A stretch of DNA of 59,749 nucleotides, counting the filler. It is 9 parts of 9 records of this genome, joined end to end, with 100 filler letters (N's around TTAATTAATTAA, not from the genome) between each part and the next. Parts side by side here need not be neighbours in the genome. Positions count along the whole stretch, not along the records: positions 5,266 to 10,666 come from SRR31147125_265743; positions 10,767 to 16,998 come from SRR31147125_267326; positions 17,099 to 23,539 come from SRR31147125_267787; 6 more parts are not named here. One strand, written 5' to 3'. Shown piece after piece: positions 10,491-20,100 of the stretch (position 1 is its first letter; each line of letters begins with the position of its first letter). The notes under the pieces are model-generated. The model did no database searches and was not told the origin of the DNA. It worked only from the letters and a program-made list of their open reading frames with translations. A program made the position numbers and the translations under genes.

Positions 10491-10522
10491 CAACTTTAGA
10501 ATCCGGAAAACAGGTTGCGAGA

Positions 10523-10666
10523 ATGTCTCAACTTAAAACACCGAAATGGCCTCATCTTCTGCTTGGCGTGATGCCGACCGTCGTCCTTTTTGCTTTCATT
10601 TTCGTATTTCCATTGGTTTTCTGCGTCCGTTACAGTCTGCATGACTGGACTGGTGGTAGAACTCTG
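10523..10666 (+). CDS. Sugar ABC permease (N-terminal fragment)
   Basis: 'PTVVLFAFIFVFPL..YSLHDWTG' resembles a MalF-type N-terminus; cut by the contig end. Confidence 0.75.
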
Positions 10667-10766
10667 NNNNNNNNNNNNNNNNNNNNNNNNNNNNNNNNNN
10701 NNNNNNNNNNTTAATTAATTAANNNNNNNNNNNNNNNNNNNNNNNNNNNNNNNNNNNNNNNNNNNN

Positions 10767-11078
10767 CAGATTCTTCCGTAGGAATTTAACCCTGGTGACT
10801 CTGTGTTTCAGAAGGAAAGCATCCGGGGCGCTGCCCAGGATCTCGTACATGGCATAGAGGAGGGAAGCGGAACCGGAATCGTCATGAAAAAAACCGGATG
10901 GAACCAGATAGCCTTTCGGATCAATGTGGCATCCATGGAAGAATTCATCACAGAGATATTCGAAGTTACCTTTCTCCTTCAGCCCGGCGACCAGAACGTC
11001 TATTTCAGCGTAGTCGGCGGTGATGAATGTATAGCGAAGCCGGTCGACAAGGTCGCGACGGCTGGTTCCGCTGGTCAT
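10767..11078 (-). CDS. Hypothetical protein (N-terminal part)
   Basis: GAGGG upstream of ATG; open to the contig edge. Confidence 0.55.
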
Positions 11079-11122
11079 GCGTACCCCTCACCCCATTTTA
11101 ACCGGAGTGCGGCACCGGGGTG

Positions 11123-11341
11123 TCACCCCAGTTCCCAGGGATCTACTTCCACCTCTTCGTCGTCCTGCCGGTACTGCCGCTCCCAGGCTTCGCTGTCCAG
11201 GTCGTCGAAAGAGTCACCCCAGTCATCCTGGTCTGAAGGAGGATAGCTCTCCCGCTCCTTGCCGTTTTCCATGTCTTCAAGATCGTCGAGAGATATGGTC
11301 TTGTCTTCGCCCTCGTCATCGAGGTCGTCCCAGTTGGACAT
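11123..11341 (-). CDS. Small, highly acidic protein (72 aa)
   Basis: AGGAGGT RBS before ATG 11341; MSNWDDLDDEGEDKTISLDDLED...EVDPWELG. Confidence 0.7.
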   Translation of the reverse strand: MSNWDDLDDEGEDKTISLDDLEDMENGKERESYPPSDQDDWGDSFDDLDSEAWERQYRQDDEEVEVDPWELG

Positions 11342-11493
11342 GGCAACCTCCTGATTCATCCTAAATAATAGTTCCCGAGTTGCCGGTCTTCCAGAATTTC
11401 CGGCAAATTGATCGGACCGACGGCCAATGACTGCCCAACATCTGTAAACCTGGATCGCAAATCATCCGATTATGAAAGAAACGGGAGGGCAAT

Positions 11494-11667
11494 ATGACCC
11501 GATACGAACGAATCAGGCAGGAAATCATCGCTGTCGAACGGGAAATAGCCATGCTGCGTCATGCTGTCAAAGACGACCAGGAGCGGGAAACATTCCGCCG
11601 GATCTGTGTCAGGAATGAGCAGATTCGCGACAGTTTCACGGGAGTGACCGCCAGACAGGCGATGTAG
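11494..11667 (+). CDS. Small helical hypothetical protein (57 aa), absent from the ORF track
   Basis: GGGAGGG RBS; MTRYERIRQEIIAVEREIAMLRHAVKDDQERETFRRICVRNEQIRDSFTGVTARQAM*. Confidence 0.6.
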   Translation: MTRYERIRQEIIAVEREIAMLRHAVKDDQERETFRRICVRNEQIRDSFTGVTARQAM

Positions 11668-11681
11668 CGGCGAAAGCCGGG

Positions 11682-12248
11682 TTATCCGAGATTCACAGCT
11701 CCGTCTCCGCCGAGGGTGGCGACGGCATGGCCAAGGTCGGCAAGAAGCGGCCCCAGCCTGTCGGCCGGCGGAGCGGTATACAAGAGAGCTTCTGCCAGTC
11801 CTTTCTCATGAGCTCGAAGATCCCATCGACGGGCGATTTCCGCAATATGGTTCTCATCGTTTCCAGCTGAAGCGAAGAGATCCTTCCGTGCCAGATCCAT
11901 CCATTCCCTCAAGTTCGCAGGTTCCGGCCAGGCCCCCAGCAAAATCTGCCTCGGCCAGCTCAGGTTCAGCGTCACATTGTAGTAGAAATGGGATTCACCC
12001 ATTTCCCTGAGTGCCCGTCTATAATCCATTTCCAATCCCAGAGAGCCCGCCATGAGGCGGTCGGCCTCTTCCAGGGATCGAAGGAATAGGTCGATGGAAG
12101 GGAGCATCTCCTCCCGTTCCTCCTCGCCTTCGGGGAATGTGAACCTGATTCTGTAAGATATTTCCTGAGTCATAGCGCAGGGTCTATTCTGCATCCCCGG
12201 CGACCATCTGGACAAGAGCGGTAGCCGGATTTCCCGAACCTGTGACAA
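11682..12248 (-). CDS. Hypothetical protein
   Basis: 188-aa ORF; the real start is probably downstream (MTQEISY). Confidence 0.55.
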   Translation of the reverse strand: MSQVREIRLPLLSRWSPGMQNRPCAMTQEISYRIRFTFPEGEEEREEMLPSIDLFLRSLEEADRLMAGSLGLEMDYRRALREMGESHFYYNVTLNLSWPRQILLGAWPEPANLREWMDLARKDLFASAGNDENHIAEIARRWDLRAHEKGLAEALLYTAPPADRLGPLLADLGHAVATLGGDGAVNLG

Positions 12249-12263
12249 TCGGCGGGAAAACTG

Positions 12264-13430
12264 ATGATAACACTCAGCATAGGAGATGACGTTTGTTCCC
12301 TGTCGGCGGCATTGGAGGGACCCTATGCTTCAGGCATGGAGTCCCGGACCGCGGCCAGGATTATCCGCGACAGAATCATCGTCATCATCTTCTCGCTGAC
12401 CCTGCTTGCCGTCTTCGCCGTCATGGCCGGTCGCCGCAGGACGCAGCGGATGGAAATTGCTCCGCCGCGGCCGATATACGTCTCCGCCGTTCTTCCGGAG
12501 CGAAAAGATATCGCCCGCACCCTGCGATTCTCATCTACCCTCGATGCCGAGAGCAGCGTATCGGTACTGCCCCGAATTTCTGGAACCATAACGGCGTTGT
12601 ATGTCGAGGAGGCTTCCACGGTGGCTCCGGGGGACCTTCTGGCCCGGATTGACCCGGAACCCTACCGCTTGGAAATGAAAGCCGCTGAATCAGCCTGGCT
12701 GCTCGCGGAGAGCAGCTATGCCCGTATCGAACGGCTGCACTCGGGCTCCGGTACCAGCCGGCAGCAGCTGGAAGAGGCGGCGGCGAACCGGGATGCCGCG
12801 AAATCGTCTTTTGAGCTGGCCCGTATGCAGTTTGAGTACTCGGAAGTGAGGGCTCCGGTCGGCGGTATCGTGCTTTCGCGATTCACCGAGGAAGGTAGTC
12901 TCGCAATGCCCGGACAGCCGCTGTTCCTTATCGGGAACGACGGGAGCTACCGGGTGGAGATCCGGATTCCGGAGAAGCACTGGCGGGATTTCGACAATAC
13001 CGAAAACCTGAGGGTGGCCGTCGGGCTGCCGGGAATGCAGGACAGCGAGTTCGTACCGGCGGATATCCTGAGGTTGAGTCCTTCCATCTCTCCGACGGAC
13101 CGGACATTCCGGGTGACCTGCTCGGTGAAACGTTCGGATGTCAACTGGCCGCTGGGTTCGCGGCTGTCCGCTGCGTTTATCCTGGAGGAACGGGAGAACA
13201 CCTGGACCCTGCCAAAGACGGCCGTCGGCGGGGATTCCAGCCTCTGGTGGGTGGAAAACGGCAGCTCCACGGCCCATCGGCTCCTCCTGCCGGCCGGTAT
13301 CAGTAACAGCCGGCTGGTGGAAGTACCCGAAACATGGTCCGACAGATTGTTCGTCGTTGAAGGACAACACCGGCTCAGAGAGGACATGATCGTCTCGGCT
13401 GTAACCGGGGAACAAGGATACCAATGGTAA
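12264..13430 (+). CDS. RND efflux periplasmic adaptor (membrane fusion protein)
   Basis: TM anchor, 'VLPRISGTITALYV...GDLLARID', coiled coil and 'VRAPVGG'; the real start may be downstream. Confidence 0.88.
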   Translation: MITLSIGDDVCSLSAALEGPYASGMESRTAARIIRDRIIVIIFSLTLLAVFAVMAGRRRTQRMEIAPPRPIYVSAVLPERKDIARTLRFSSTLDAESSVSVLPRISGTITALYVEEASTVAPGDLLARIDPEPYRLEMKAAESAWLLAESSYARIERLHSGSGTSRQQLEEAAANRDAAKSSFELARMQFEYSEVRAPVGGIVLSRFTEEGSLAMPGQPLFLIGNDGSYRVEIRIPEKHWRDFDNTENLRVAVGLPGMQDSEFVPADILRLSPSISPTDRTFRVTCSVKRSDVNWPLGSRLSAAFILEERENTWTLPKTAVGGDSSLWWVENGSSTAHRLLLPAGISNSRLVEVPETWSDRLFVVEGQHRLREDMIVSAVTGEQGYQW

Positions 13431-16400
13431 AACCCGGGGCATGGGCCCTCCGCCATCCAGTACCTCTGGGAGTCATCACTTTCGGTGCCGTCCTGTTCGG
13501 CATTCTGGCGTTATTTTCCATGAATGTGGAATTTGTTCCCTCAATGGTGCTTCCTTCGGTTTCCGTCGTGAGCCTGTGGCCAGGAGTGGGCGCCGAAGAC
13601 GTGGAAAGAGAGGTCACTACGATTCTGGAAGACCGTTTCACCACCCTTCCCGGCCTGACGGATATGCAATCCGAAAGCCGGGAAAGCATCAGCATGGTGA
13701 ACCTGGAATTCTCTGAAGATGTCAGCATCGACGCCGCGCTCCAGGATGTCCGGAACCGTGTCGACCTCGCCTCCGCCGATCTGCCGGAGGATCTCCTGGG
13801 ACGGCCGGCGGTGAATACCTGGGGCGCCGCCGATCTACCGGTATTGAGTTTCACCGTGTCGGGAAGCTGGAATCCAGAAGGACTTGCCGACTACATCGAA
13901 GATGTTCTGGTTCCGAACCTCTACAGGGTGGACGGGATCGCCCGGATGGAAACCCTGGGCATGAGAAAAGAGAACTGGCGGTGAGCCTCGATTCCGAAGC
14001 CATGATGGCCGTCAATGTCGCCCCTCTGGAAGTCGCGGCGGCCATCGCCGGCCGCAACACCTCCCTGCCGGCGGGAATTGTGGACTGGAGCGGCGGATCC
14101 TGGGCTTTTCGGGTTTCAGGGCAGTTCTCGGATGTTGCGGATTTGGAGAACCTGATAGTCGGAGGAGGATTCGGACGGCCGGTCCGGCTGGGAGATATCG
14201 CGGACACGGACTTCGGTTTCGAACCGGAAAGAGAACGGATCCGATCCTCGGGGAGCAGCATCGCGGTCATTCAGGTGGGGAAACGGGAAAACGGCAACGC
14301 CATGAGCATCAGCAGGGACATCAGGAAGATCCTGGCTGACCTGGAAGAAGAAAACGTCGCTGTCGATTTCGAAGTGATCCACGACGATAGGAGAACCGTC
14401 GCCCTGGCGCTTCGAACGGTCCTCGGATCGGCCCTGACCGGTATGGTGATGGCAGTGGCCGTTATCTGGCTTTTCCTCAGAAGCTGGCGATGGACCCTCG
14501 TTATCGCCACATCCCTGCCCACCAGCCTGGTTATTGCGTTCGCCGGCATGAAACTGGCCGGCCTCACAATCAACGTACTGACCATGGCGGGAATCACCGT
14601 GTCCTTGGGAATGATTGTGGATGCGTCCATCGTCGTCCTGGAAAACATCCACCGTACCTTTGAAGAGCACCGGGATCCGGCGGCCGCCGCTGTTGAAGGG
14701 TCCTCCCAGGTGTCCGGTGCGGTTGTGGCTTCGATTTCCACATCGGTAAGCGTGTTCGCGCCTATGCTGTTCCTGACGGGAGTCATCGGCATCATCATGA
14801 AAGACCTGGCTCTGACGATGCTGTTCTGCCTGGCTTCCTCACTTTTCGCCGCATTGTTCCTGGTTCCGCCAATGGCCGGAAAGGGAATGGCGATGGCGGT
14901 TAAATACGGCCAGAAGCTCAGCCGACCCAGGAAATCCGGACGACCAGGTTTCGTCAGTCGCCTGGAATCGGCCTATCGTCGGGGGCTGGAACGGGCCCTG
15001 GACATCCGGGGTGCTGTTGTGTTCGCCGCCCTGTGCATACTCTCTTCCAGTATCCTGGCAGCCTCTCTGATGGGCATCTCCTTCATACCCACAGCCGACT
15101 ACGGGGAGGTGTTCATCTCCATGCAGCTGCCGCCGGGATCCACCCTTGATGACGGGCAGGCTGTCTCGGACCGCACCGAACAGATAATACGCGAACTGGT
15201 TCCGGAGATGTCGGAAATGGTTTTTTTCATCGGTATGGACGACGATCTGTCCGGAGAGGCCCGGCGGAGGGAAGCCGTCTGGTGTCAGCTGCTTCTGAAA
15301 GACGACCGATCCGCCGGGGAGAATTTCCTGTCGGTGATCGATCGGCTGAACGAAGCACTGCCTCCGGCCCTCCCGGGAGTCTCTGTTTCGGTGATCAACG
15401 GCGGCTTCGACCGCATGGTGTCCCTGGCTGTCGACGGATCAGGATTCAGGGTGGAACTGTCAGCGGAATCCCGGGAACAGCTCCATACGGCAGCGGACCG
15501 GGTGGAGAACATTCTGTCTGTGGACCCGGAGATCCTCAGTGTTCGCAGGGATATCGCCAGCGACCGACGAACGGTGACAGCGACCCTGAATGGAGAGGAG
15601 CTGGGACGCCTCGGAATCGCTGCAGAACAGGCCGCGCTGACGGCCCGTATCACCTTCGACGGCATAGAGGCCGGCGACTTCCGGCCTGTAGACGGAACGG
15701 ATATGCCCATCAGGGTCTTCAGTTCCAAAGAAGGCAGCCGGCCGGACTCCAGCGCGTTGGGAGGAATCCCTATCCGCAGTTCAGCAGGAATCCTGGTGCC
15801 CCTGGATTCCGTCGCCGACGCCGAAGAGAACCTGGGAATCTCGGGAATACGTCGTCACAACCGGGCAAGAACCCTGACACTGATCGCCCAGACCAGGAGT
15901 GAGAACGTCAGAGACATCACCAGCCGCCTCAGAAACGCACTGAAGACGGAATCCCTCGACGGGGTGGACTGGAAGGTGAAAGGAGTGTCGGGGTTGATCG
16001 GCAATTCGGTGGGAACACTACTTGTCGTCCTGATGGTATCCCTGTTTCTGGTCTACGCGGTGATGGCCATCCAGTTCGAGAAGGTAATCCAGCCGCTGAT
16101 TATCATGGCCTCGGTGCCGTTCTGCTTCATCGGCGTGGTGGGCGGACTGGTGGTGTTCGGTTCGAACGTTTCCCTGGTCTCCTTCGTGGGCATCGTTGCC
16201 CTGGCCGGGGTCGTGGTGAACAACGCTATCGTCCAGGTGGACAGAATCAACTACCTGAGGAGAAACGGCTCCGACCTCCGAACCGCCGTGGTGTCGGGAT
16301 CCGTGGCTCGGCTGAGGCCTATTCTGATGACCACCCTGACGACCCTCCTGGGAATTATGCCGTTGGCAATGGCTCGGGGAGGAGGTGCCAGGGTTTACGC

Positions 16401-16620
16401 TCCGCTCGGTCAGGCCATCGCCGGCGGACTGCTGAGTTCCACTCTGGTGACGCTGTTCCTTATTCCGGTACTCTACATGATTACAAGATTCAGGCCCGGA
16501 AAAGAGAACCATGGCCCTCCTGAGGAATCAGCTCCAGAGTTCCGTTCAGGCGGTCTTCGGCCAGGGAGCGGGACACGGCCAGCCAAAGGCCGGTTCCTCC
16601 GTCATTGTCCGCCGTGGTAA
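13424..16620 (+). CDS. RND (AcrB/SwrC-like) permease; frameshift at the A-run near 13966-13969
   Basis: ORFs 13424-13984 and 13981-16620 are consecutive parts ('GMIVDASIVVLENI', 'GVVVNNAI', 'RLRPILMTTLTT'); one extra A restores 'MRKRELAVSLD'. Confidence 0.88.
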
Positions 16621-16816
16621 AACACATTTCGAACACCTTGTCCCGGAGTTCCTCCGGAATCCCACGGCCATCGTCGTCATGCACGTCGATTGTGAAAGCT
16701 TCGTCCTCCCCGTCGTACACCCGAAGGCGAATCGTTCCCTCGCTGCCATCCGGAAAAGCATGCGTCAGGGCGTTGTTGATCAGATTGGAAAGAATCTGGG
16801 ACAGATAGCCGGGTTA
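16490..16816 (-). pseudogene. Histidine kinase HATPase_c remnant
   Basis: '*PGYLSQILSNLINNALTHAF...VHDDDGRGIP...VFEMCFTT...GGTGLWLAVS'; upstream stop, altered G2 box, no HisKA part. Confidence 0.7.
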
Positions 16817-16974
16817 GGGAGGACGTGGATGTCAGCCGAAAAAGATAGATTCTCTCCAGACTGAAAGGCAAGGTGACGGTACTGACGGCTCTGGCCATGG
16901 AGGTACCGGCGGAGGACTCCGGATTCATCCGGCAGGATGAAGGACAGATGAATCGGAAAACCGGCAGGCAAAGA

Positions 16975-16998
16975 AAAACCGGCCTTTCGGCCGGTTTT
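16975..16998. terminator. Intrinsic terminator
   Basis: AAAACCGGCC-TTTC-GGCCGGTTTT. Confidence 0.75.
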
Positions 16999-17098
16999 NN
17001 NNNNNNNNNNNNNNNNNNNNNNNNNNNNNNNNNNNNNNNNNNTTAATTAATTAANNNNNNNNNNNNNNNNNNNNNNNNNNNNNNNNNNNNNNNNNNNN

Positions 17099-17122
17099 AC
17101 ACACACACACACACACACACAC
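17099..17122. repeat. (CA)n microsatellite, intronic; another lies at about 23515-23539
   Basis: AC repeats at both ends of this contig piece. Confidence 0.9.
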
Positions 17123-20100
17123 AACACGACACACGCAACACACCGGGTCGAATGTCGGAAAGGGAGATAGCCTTTTCAATCATCACCATCGATTGATTGA
17201 GTCGTCCCATAAAACAGTCGCCTGTCGCATAACTCCACAGAATAGTCTTCAGTGAGGGAGAGGAGTACACAGAGGCCCCCTCGCTGCCCCCACAGCCCTC
17301 GGGGACCTGGACAATGGCTGTCAGAGGGATTGAACCACCTTCACCATCAACATCACAGAGTTCCTGGGCGTACAACTACAGCAAGAATCCCCACGATAAG
17401 CAACTCGATCGGACGTCCTACAACCACGAAACGCACCGTCCCATCCATACACATGGCTATCATCCACGTCATACCGTCGTCATTGACCAAAAAACATGCC
17501 TCACGAATGACCGTATCAATGGTAACAAAGTAGTGAATGGGGCACATGTTGTCCTTGGAAAGATCGAAGATCTGTTGAAGGAATGAGAGGCAGCAGCAAC
17601 AACAACAACAACAGTGATAGACAGACCTTGACGAAACAATTCGCTACAATAGCAAGTTTGACTTGTGAACCCGGAAGCCATGTTGTCTGTACGAGAAACA
17701 CATCGTTCGTGCATACAGTGTTCAAGGACAAATCTACGGCCAACTGGCTTGTGACGACTCCCTGACAAGACGTGTGTCGTGAAAAGGGAGTCAGAACACG
17801 CACTTGTGTACACGTACTTTGGAGGACACAGTCAAGATGTGGCACTCATTCACACCCATTGCAGCGACGTAGCCTTCGTTGGCCGGATTGGCGGTTAATC
17901 GTACGACATCAAAGGGAAGTGCATTCCGGGAAAGGACGCGTTGTGCATTCTTCTCCAATACGGCTCCTCCGGATGTCCGCATCATTACGCTTGGGTCAAT
18001 GATCGTGACTTGATCCCTAGGGGAGAGAGGAGGGGCGGGTATGATACGGCACACAAGAAGCACAGCCCGCCCATAACGGTAGGTACCCTTCGCCAATCAG
18101 GAGAAGCCCGCCCCGTGTACGACAAAGGAGGGACTTCGTAATCATCCCGTTGGAGAACAGGGCCCTCACATCGCGCTGCTTCAGCATGTCCGACTGACCA
18201 GATGGCGTACGAGTCAGAGGCCTCACCACGACACAAACAAACGCACCTTGGGTTTCACATCAAAGGACCCCGATTTGGATGATTTCCGGAGGTGAAAGAG
18301 GTTACTGCGTGACACAACATCCCGGGCCCGTTCAAAGAAATCAATGGTTCGACCCAGACACGGCTCCTCTTTCTTAGTCGCTGGTATGAGTGCAATCAAC
18401 TTCTCATAGACCGTGAAGATCTGTTTGAAGGGGTTGGGAATGCAGAACCAAAAAGAAAAAAAAGACCACACACCGTTTTGACAATAGGTTCTGCTCCAAA
18501 GAAATTCAGCACATTCAGACGAGAAGTCTCGTCGAGGGTTTCCAAAGATTTCCTTGCACCGGGATGCGTCTCCAAAAGGGTTTCATCGATTTCTTGTTCG
18601 ACGGCTGCCGCTGCTTTGTCTACACTGTGACGTCTGGTTTGTGTGGTTCCAGGTTTGCGCAATCCTGTGCGCTTACGGGGCTTGAGAGCCTGGAGGGAGT
18701 TTAGAGCGATCCACTTGATACCAATAAAACACGCACCTGACACTTACAGCCATGGGCTCCCGCTCCACAATCACAGAAGAATCGGGAATGTCGTGCATAG
18801 GACACCTCGTGACCCTTATGGCACACCTGTACGCACGGGAGAAGGAAGGGTCACGAGGATTCGATGCCAGATTCACAGCCAGACACCAGCCAGACCTTTG
18901 CACACAACGAACAACACCCCTCGGAGTTCGTGAGTCCACATGTGTAGCAATAATACCAGTGTTGCTCCACAAAGTTCTTGCCGGTACTTGTGTAGGTGCA
19001 TAACTCATTGGAGAGAGCGTCCTCTTCTTCCTCTGGATCCGTACGAGGATCCTTGTCGGACTCATTTCCACTGACGGCTTCCTCGTCGCTGAGTGATCGA
19101 TCTCGTGCTGAAGCTGCTTGGCCACCTTTTGTTGAACGATGGGGACCACTCTCACGAGAAGCTGGCAGACGTCGCACATCCCCCACACAGCTGCCGTTAT
19201 TCCAATCCATTATCATACCACCCCGAGGCAAACCAACACACACGCACACACCTTGTGGAAAAGATGTTGTAGTAGAATCCCATAATCGTAACGACGGCTT
19301 CGGTATTGCACGGCTCCAAGTGTACCAATACGTCATGGGTTGTGCTCAATACCTCGTGCAGGGCATTCGCCTTAGTAGCCGTGAAAATCAACAAATCCCA
19401 GTAGACCTGAGTTGGGGAAGGATTACGGATACGCGTGGAGGAAGAACACCGAACCTCCATGCTGTCGAATCGATCCACAAAGGCAGTCCGAGCCAGGCTC
19501 AGAAGGCTGGAATACAAAATCCGGGAAGGTTCGTCCCACTCTCCATCCTTGAGTACATCCGCGAGCAGCGTCCGCACAAGAGCTGCTGTACCTTCCCGAA
19601 CAGCTATCGGTGCAGGAGTTCCTTGGGTTCCCAATAACCTTTCACAGAGCCACGATCCTGCCACACCCATGTGAGATCCCTCACCTCTCAGAACTGGGGG
19701 CCGACGTACGAAGGAACTCTGAGCCCAAGGAAGGCACGTGTGTCCGAATATGAGACACCAGAGAAGGCGCCATAAATAGCCCCATTACGGCCTTGTTGAG
19801 CGCTTCATGGGGTGAGCCGTGTACAAGGGAGAAGAGCACCGTAACATCACCGCGTGGAAGCGAAGCGAAGGGAAGGGTGCTATCCCCTCCTGTCTTACCG
19901 CGATAAGACACAACGAACGTTTTGTGCCGTGCACTCCCACAGACCTTGAAGACCTGCGTAGAATGCTATGATACTGTTGACCCGATTCGAGTGTTTGGTG
20001 AGCTTCTCCATGTAGGCGAGACATTCAATGACGAGTATCTCTTCTGCAGGTGTGAGAGGTTTGCATGCTGGACGTTCACGAATGAGTGTTGAGTAGACAT

